Shown here: positions 58,546 to 64,000 of the stretch, one piece after another
Position numbering within the stretch: position 1 is the first letter of the stretch
How the letters are laid out: each line of letters starts with the position of its first letter
NCBI GenBank assembly: GCA_913052565.1
Contig: CAJXFH010000002.1
Span: 39,324-103,323, forward strand
Direction of reading: 5' to 3'
Length of the DNA stretch: 64,000 nt
Source of the DNA: an uncultured Gammaproteobacteria bacterium
GTDB lineage: Bacteria; Pseudomonadota; Gammaproteobacteria; Magnimaribacterales; TMED112
Notes under the pieces: model-generated
Told to the model about the DNA's origin: nothing
Database searches by the model: none
Seen by the model: the letters and a program-made list of their open reading frames with translations, nothing else
Position numbers and translations under genes: made by a program

Positions 58546-59611
58546 CTTAAGAAATTTCATAATCATATTCTCGCTAATAATTATCATATTAACTGGCGCT
58601 TTAACTATTTACTCAGTTACTTCTATCGATATTAACTATTTCATAAGGTTTCTGCTAATTAGTATTTTTGTAATCTTGTTAGTCGCAATTCTGTTTAATC
58701 AATTAAACCTAAATAGAATACTTTCATTTGGTTGGTTAGCATTTTTATTGAATATATTGCTTGTTTTAAGTGTAGAAATTTTTGGAGCTGAAATTAATGG
58801 GTCAAAAAGATGGCTGGATTTTGGTTTTTTGAGCCTTCAACCTTCAGAATTTATGAAAATCACATTTGCACTTTTTGCGATTCAGTATTTGCGATTTTAT
58901 AACTACAAATTTACACAGCTTAGGACACTTTTCTTAATTTTGGTCTTATTCATTTCAGCTATCCCAATAATAATTCAGCCTGATCTCGGTACTGGTTTGG
59001 TATATATAATGCTTGGACTTATGTTTTTATTCATTTGTGGAATGAATAAGAATTACTTCATAGCAATGGGAGTATTTGGGATATTGCTTTCTCCGATTAT
59101 TTATTCATTTGGATTAACAACTTATCAGAAGGGCAGAATTATTAGTTGGTTCTCGTCTGACCAAAATTTGTCTGAGAAGTGGAACATTTTACAGTCAGAA
59201 ATAAGTATTGGTTCAGGAGGTTTATTTGGTGAAGGTTTTTTGAATAGTAAGCAAAATGAGTTTAATTTCCTACCAGAAGCTGATACAGACTTTATTTTTT
59301 CAATATATGCCGAGCAATTCGGTTTTATAGGAGTATTTATAATTTTTTTAATGCTTGGTTGTTTTATATTTTTTACGACTCTCTTTACCATGACAGAAAA
59401 AAGACTTACAAGTGATTTGTCTCCGTACTATATTGGCACATATTGCACCTTAGTTATTGGTTTTAGTTTTTTGCTTAATATTCTTATGGTGAGTGGTTTA
59501 ATTCCAGTTGTTGGTCTCCCATTACCTTTTTTTACTAAGGGAGGCTCATCTTTGTTATGCTTTTCTATAATGATTGGTCTAATATTTTCTTCAAGAGGTT
59601 TCTTAAAATGA
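58535..59611 (+). CDS. rodA: SEDS-family peptidoglycan glycosyltransferase RodA
   Basis: 358 aa polytopic protein. QPSEFMKI, PEADTDFIFS and GLPLPFFTKGGSS. Confidence 0.9.
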   Translation: MVFNLRNFIIIFSLIIIILTGALTIYSVTSIDINYFIRFLLISIFVILLVAILFNQLNLNRILSFGWLAFLLNILLVLSVEIFGAEINGSKRWLDFGFLSLQPSEFMKITFALFAIQYLRFYNYKFTQLRTLFLILVLFISAIPIIIQPDLGTGLVYIMLGLMFLFICGMNKNYFIAMGVFGILLSPIIYSFGLTTYQKGRIISWFSSDQNLSEKWNILQSEISIGSGGLFGEGFLNSKQNEFNFLPEADTDFIFSIYAEQFGFIGVFIIFLMLGCFIFFTTLFTMTEKRLTSDLSPYYIGTYCTLVIGFSFLLNILMVSGLIPVVGLPLPFFTKGGSSLLCFSIMIGLIFSSRGFLK

Positions 59612-60591
59612 AAAAAATTCTTTTAACGTTATTCATTTCTCTAAACTTTTATCCTGCAGATCTAGATAGAGAAGATATTAAAGAATTTATTAAAATGGCT
59701 GAGGCTACTAGTGAGCTTACTGAACAGGAAATTATTACTTTTCTCCAAAATGCAGAGACCTCAGAGAGAGCTGTTACTGCAAGAAGTAATCAACCAGAAG
59801 TTAAAGCAACGTGGCAAAGATATAGAAATAGATACTTAACATCATCCAGAATAAATAATGGTGTTAAATTTTTGAAAGAACACGAAAAAATTTTTGATGA
59901 AGTAGAAAAAGATTTTGGTGTTTCAAGATTTTACATCGCTTCAATAATTGGGTGTGAGACAAATTACGGAAATTATTATGGTACCTATAATCCTTTAGAC
60001 ACAATTTTCACAAGAGCATTTGAGCCAAATAGTAAATTCTGGCAAAAAGAACTCATCCAGCTATTCTTATTATCTAAAAAATATAAATTAGACCCTAAAA
60101 AAATTAAAAGTTCTTGGTCAGGAGCTTTAGGTTTAGGCCAATTTATTCCATCTAGTTATAACTTTTATGGCGTGGATTATGATGGAGATGGTTTTATAGA
60201 TATGTATAACTCAAGGAAAGATGGAATTGCTAGCGTAGCAAACTATTTAAAAGAAAATGGTTGGCAGTCAGATGAAAAAGCCATAATCCAGAGAGCTGTT
60301 AACGAAAAATATCAAGGACTTGAAGATGAAGACATTATAGATTTGGATTTTTCTTTTGAGCTCAATAATTTTAGGACCATTATCAGTTCTAAGACAATGA
60401 AATCAGAAGGTTTTGATTTTATTGGTGATTATGATGATATTTCGCCCTTGTTAGTCTATGAGCAAGGCCAAACAAAATTATTTTTAGGATTTGACAATTT
60501 CAGGGTAATAACTAAATATAATCGAAGTAGCAAGTATGCTTTAGCAGTTCACCAGCTTGCAATGGAAATTTCGAAGAGATTTGATGAATAA
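59608..60591 (+). CDS. mltB: Lytic murein transglycosylase B
   Basis: The ORF opens at 59557. The likely start is MKKILLTLFISLNFYPA at 59608. Has IIGCETNYG (catalytic Glu context) and SWSGALGLGQFIPSS. Confidence 0.85.
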   Translation: MKKILLTLFISLNFYPADLDREDIKEFIKMAEATSELTEQEIITFLQNAETSERAVTARSNQPEVKATWQRYRNRYLTSSRINNGVKFLKEHEKIFDEVEKDFGVSRFYIASIIGCETNYGNYYGTYNPLDTIFTRAFEPNSKFWQKELIQLFLLSKKYKLDPKKIKSSWSGALGLGQFIPSSYNFYGVDYDGDGFIDMYNSRKDGIASVANYLKENGWQSDEKAIIQRAVNEKYQGLEDEDIIDLDFSFELNNFRTIISSKTMKSEGFDFIGDYDDISPLLVYEQGQTKLFLGFDNFRVITKYNRSSKYALAVHQLAMEISKRFDE

Positions 60592-61714
60592 AATTAAAAT
60601 TTACATATTATTATTTTTAGCTACTTCGTTATTGGCTATTCCAAATCCACCTGATCTTGGTGTCGGCAGCTATATTCTTTACGAACCAAATACAAAAAAA
60701 ATATTAGTGAGTTACAACTCTGATGAACCTGTAGAGCCGGCAAGCTTAACAAAGTTAATGACTAGTTACGTTGTTGCTGATTACTTAAAGGAAGATTTTA
60801 TTAATATAACTGACGAACCAAAAATCTCGGTTAAAGCTTGGAAAACTAAAGGTTCTAGAATGTTCATTAGAGAGGGTACAAATGTAAGAGTTTCAGACCT
60901 TATTAAAGGAATGATCATTCAATCTGGTAATGATGCAAGCGTAGCTTTAGCAGAACATGTAGCAGGTAGTGAGGATAATTTTGCTTATTTGATGAATGAG
61001 TATGCTTCTGAGTTGGGAATGGCAAATACATCTTTTAATAATGCGACTGGACTACCAGACCCATTAAATGTTACTTCTGCTTATGACTTAGCTTTATTAA
61101 CAAGCGCACTTATAAATGATTTTCCAGAGCACTATAAATATTATTCTCAAAAATCTTTTACTTACAATGGAATTAAACAGTCAAATAGAAACAGGCTTTT
61201 ATGGCGTGATGAAATTTTTGACGGTGTAAAAACAGGTTATACCCAGTCTGCTGGGTATTGTCTTGTCGGTTCGGCCATCAGAGGAGATATGCGTCTTGTT
61301 GCAGTAGTACTAGGGAGCGAAGATGATAAAAGATTTAATGATGTCTCTCTTTTGATGACTTATGGCTTCAGATATTTCACAACAGAGAAGTTATTTTCAA
61401 AAGAAGAACCAATTCAAGATGTGAAGGTTGTAGCTGGCAAGTCTGAAACTGTAAAAGTTGGAACAAAAGATGACATAATTTTAACCCTACAGAAAGATCT
61501 GAGAGACAATATAAGATATGAAGTTTCAGTAGGATCACAAACATTGGCACCAATAGAAGCAATGACAACTGCTGGAACATTAAAAGTTTTAGATAGTGAA
61601 AACAATGTTTTAGTTGAAACAGAAATAGTCTTTCTAGAGTCAGTAGAAGAATTAGGTTTCTTTCAAAGACTGCTGGCTATTATATGGAACTGGATTCAAT
61701 CTCTTTTTAATTAA
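60584..61714 (+). CDS. dacA: D-alanyl-D-alanine carboxypeptidase (PBP5/6 type)
   Basis: The ORF opens at 60557. The likely start is MNKIKIYILLFLATSLLA at 60584. Has SxxK (PASLTKLMT), SGND and KTGYT, with a C-terminal amphipathic tail. Confidence 0.9.
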   Translation: MNKIKIYILLFLATSLLAIPNPPDLGVGSYILYEPNTKKILVSYNSDEPVEPASLTKLMTSYVVADYLKEDFINITDEPKISVKAWKTKGSRMFIREGTNVRVSDLIKGMIIQSGNDASVALAEHVAGSEDNFAYLMNEYASELGMANTSFNNATGLPDPLNVTSAYDLALLTSALINDFPEHYKYYSQKSFTYNGIKQSNRNRLLWRDEIFDGVKTGYTQSAGYCLVGSAIRGDMRLVAVVLGSEDDKRFNDVSLLMTYGFRYFTTEKLFSKEEPIQDVKVVAGKSETVKVGTKDDIILTLQKDLRDNIRYEVSVGSQTLAPIEAMTTAGTLKVLDSENNVLVETEIVFLESVEELGFFQRLLAIIWNWIQSLFN

Positions 61715-62667
61715 ACAGCAAGCTCCAACACAATATTTTTCGCATCAAGCCATGGGTCACCTTTTACGTAGCCCTTAAATTTTTTATCTGCTGAATCAAG
61801 CTGATTTGAAAGCTCTTCAAGTTTAAAGTTTGAAACTTTTTTTGATATTGCCATGTACCATTTTACTTGACTGTCCCAAATGCCCAGAGTTTTTAAATTT
61901 TTATTTTGTTTCAAATATTTAAGAGCACTTAAATCTCTAGCTAAGATCCAAATTAATAGAGCAATTGAGTTTCTATCATTGTTCTTCATTGAAATAACAA
62001 TCTCCAATGCAGAAGATGCATTGCCCTTACTCAAATACTCGATCAACTTATAATTATTTTTGGAACCACTGTTACTAAAGACATTGATTGCCTCTGACTC
62101 ATTTTGAATATTCAGAATTTCTAAGATCTCGAGATCATTTATTAGCGCACTAAAGTTATTCTCATACATTTCTAATAAATTCTGAATGTATTCCGAACCA
62201 GATAAGTTTTTAGGCAGATTATTTTTCAAATATGATGTGATTTCTGAATCATACGGAGCAAAACAATCTATGACACAAACATTTGAATCAATAAGAGGGA
62301 GCAGCTCTTTTTCAATTGTTTTTTTTGTAAGATTTTGTGTTTCTACAACTAATATATTTTCTGTTTCAAAACTGAATATTTTTGAGAATGATTCTTTTAA
62401 ATCTTTATTCAATCTGTTTTTTGATAAATTGATTGAAACAATTTTCTTTTCATTAAATAGGCTATTAGTAATTAGGCATTGTTCAAATTCATTTAAAAAA
62501 TTTTCATTTTCTAGATCAAGGGCAACTTTCTCGAGCATCTTTAAATCCATATCTTTTAAAAAATGGGACCTAGCCTTTTGATTCAATATATGTTCATCAC
62601 CAAAGATAAAAAATTTATTTAAGCTTGGTGGCTCATTGAGTAGGAAATTTATAGCTTTAGTGATCAC
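61711..62667 (-). CDS. holA: DNA polymerase III delta subunit
   Basis: 318 aa. The call rests mainly on size, helical character and the conserved leuS-lptE-holA order. Sequence motifs are weak. Confidence 0.75.
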   Translation of the reverse strand: MITKAINFLLNEPPSLNKFFIFGDEHILNQKARSHFLKDMDLKMLEKVALDLENENFLNEFEQCLITNSLFNEKKIVSINLSKNRLNKDLKESFSKIFSFETENILVVETQNLTKKTIEKELLPLIDSNVCVIDCFAPYDSEITSYLKNNLPKNLSGSEYIQNLLEMYENNFSALINDLEILEILNIQNESEAINVFSNSGSKNNYKLIEYLSKGNASSALEIVISMKNNDRNSIALLIWILARDLSALKYLKQNKNLKTLGIWDSQVKWYMAISKKVSNFKLEELSNQLDSADKKFKGYVKGDPWLDAKNIVLELAV

Positions 62668-63050
62668 TATTCAAATAACTTGCAGACTTTTTCGATCAAA
62701 ATTGATTTTATTCTTTTTCTTTCTGAATCAGCCATGTTGCTTGAGATATAGTTGTTAGTATTCATTTGCATTGACATTAGCATCCTAGGCTTTGCATCAT
62801 CATTTTTTGCAGATACCTTTAGTATGTATTTAGTATTAAATTCCAAACCTCGATCATTAATATTTTCAGCGAAACCTTCGAAGGTTAAATTAGTGAGCTC
62901 GATTGTAGAATCCTTGTTCATAAGACATTTCTTAAATAAAAATTTCTCTTCACTGGAAAATGAATCATCAAAAGAAACATGATCAGATTTTATCGAAAGA
63001 TTAGTACAAGAACTTACAAGAAGAATTGCTAGAAAGCTACGAATGAACAA
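62667..63050 (-). CDS. lptE: LPS assembly lipoprotein LptE (short form)
   Basis: 127 aa. Lipobox LLVSSC. Sits between leuS and holA. Confidence 0.7.
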   Translation of the reverse strand: MFIRSFLAILLVSSCTNLSIKSDHVSFDDSFSSEEKFLFKKCLMNKDSTIELTNLTFEGFAENINDRGLEFNTKYILKVSAKNDDAKPRMLMSMQMNTNNYISSNMADSERKRIKSILIEKVCKLFE

Positions 63051-63999
63051 AATTAATTAACTTATCCTTTATAAATATAACTTTGATTATATCCTTCTTT
63101 TCTAAATGTCTTGCTACATTTTCATTTTTCATCGCAATCTCTTTTATAGCAATTTCCTCTAATCCTGTTTTCACTACAATATTAGCTCTTACCTTTCCAT
63201 TAACTTGTACTAGGAAATTTGTATCTGATGATTTTTTGACGAAAAAACTATCTGCTGGCCATGATATGTCCTGTGGATTTTTCTTGAGTATATTTTGAAA
63301 TAGATTCTCTGTTATATGAGGAGCGATAGGATTAAGCGCAGTTAAAAGAAACTCATATGTTTCAAAAATGTCGCTTCTTGAAGCATTTACTTTTTCATCA
63401 TCAATTCTTTTATTGATGTTATTTAAAATTTCCATGCAAGAGGATACTACAGTATTGAGATTTAACCTTTTTTCATAATCATCATTAATCTTAATAAATA
63501 AATCTTTGCATTCTTCGCATAAGGAACTCTTGCTATCTATGAATTGTGATTCTTCAATTTGATTTAATTTAAATGAAAGAGCCCAAAGTCTTTTTAGAAA
63601 CTTGTAGCAACCCTCTAGACCATTATCTGACCATTCAAGTGATTGTTCAGGTGGGCTAGCAAAAATCATGAACGTTCTAATCGCGTCAGCGCCATAATTT
63701 TCTATATAACTTTGAGGGTCAACAGTATTGCCTTTTGATTTTGACATTTTTGCACCATCTTTTAACACCATGCCCTGCGTTAAAAGTTTTTTGAAAGGTT
63801 CATCACCTTTCACTAAGCCCATATCTCTTAAAGCTTTGTGAAAAAAACGTGAATATAGTAAGTGCAAAATTGCATGCTCAACCCCGCCAATATATAAGTC
63901 AACAGGAAGCCAATAATCTGTATTCTCATCAAAGGCTTTTTCATTATTCTGTGCAGACGTATATCTTGCAAAATACCAGGAAGATTCCATAAAAGTGTC
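63037..63999 (-). CDS. leuS: Leucyl-tRNA synthetase, C-terminal part (5' end lies outside the window)
   Basis: The frame stays open to the window edge (DTFMESSWYFARY, as in E. coli LeuS). Has the KMSKS motif (AKMSKSKGN). Confidence 0.95.
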   Translation of the reverse strand, partial: DTFMESSWYFARYTSAQNNEKAFDENTDYWLPVDLYIGGVEHAILHLLYSRFFHKALRDMGLVKGDEPFKKLLTQGMVLKDGAKMSKSKGNTVDPQSYIENYGADAIRTFMIFASPPEQSLEWSDNGLEGCYKFLKRLWALSFKLNQIEESQFIDSKSSLCEECKDLFIKINDDYEKRLNLNTVVSSCMEILNNINKRIDDEKVNASRSDIFETYEFLLTALNPIAPHITENLFQNILKKNPQDISWPADSFFVKKSSDTNFLVQVNGKVRANIVVKTGLEEIAIKEIAMKNENVARHLEKKDIIKVIFIKDKLINFVHS

Positions 64000-64000
64000 A

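Overview
The window is AT-rich and very tightly packed, with about 70 protein genes, one tRNA and one 6S RNA. I saw no transposase, integrase, phage genes, CRISPR array or long repeats. Gene order is classic gammaproteobacterial: pgk-fba, ubiE-ubiB-tatABC, miaB-ybeZ-ybeY-corC-lnt, zapA-ssrS-ygfA, lptD-surA-pdxA-rsmA-apaH, fis-purH-purD, dnaG-rpoD-tRNA, rsfS-rlmH-mrdA-rodA-mltB-dacA and holA-lptE-leuS. Together with low GC, rare Shine-Dalgarno sequences and many overlapping gene ends, this suggests a streamlined marine gammaproteobacterium (SAR86-like is a guess). Most of the window is ordinary housekeeping DNA, and I cannot point to a clear-cut novel defence or mobile system. The least ordinary part is 36.3-50.2 kb, downstream of the tRNA. 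It holds a translationally coupled operon: PiT phosphate transporter, an unknown membrane-anchored protein, a PAS-like EAL phosphodiesterase, a HisKA(DHp)-REC-GGDEF protein with no ATPase domain, and a single-domain REC. This operon converges on katG, a secreted stand-alone TonB-C-domain protein and a 1002-aa hybrid histidine kinase with two REC domains. I read this as a candidate phosphorelay controlling c-di-GMP, with an unusual built-in phosphotransfer module. Other points worth a look are listed below.
- A two-hairpin leader plus a 27-codon membrane mini-ORF lies upstream of glutathione peroxidase (13.8 kb).
- An unannotated 6S RNA has a 3' stem that overlaps the ygfA start codon.
- tatA (52 aa) is missing from the ORF track.
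- An 11-bp-phased TGTCAC direct repeat (Pho-box-like) sits in front of a small lipoprotein gene.
- A dihydroorotate-dehydrogenase-like protein carries Cys in place of the class-2 catalytic Ser.

All calls come from reading translations and sequence by eye. No database search was run.
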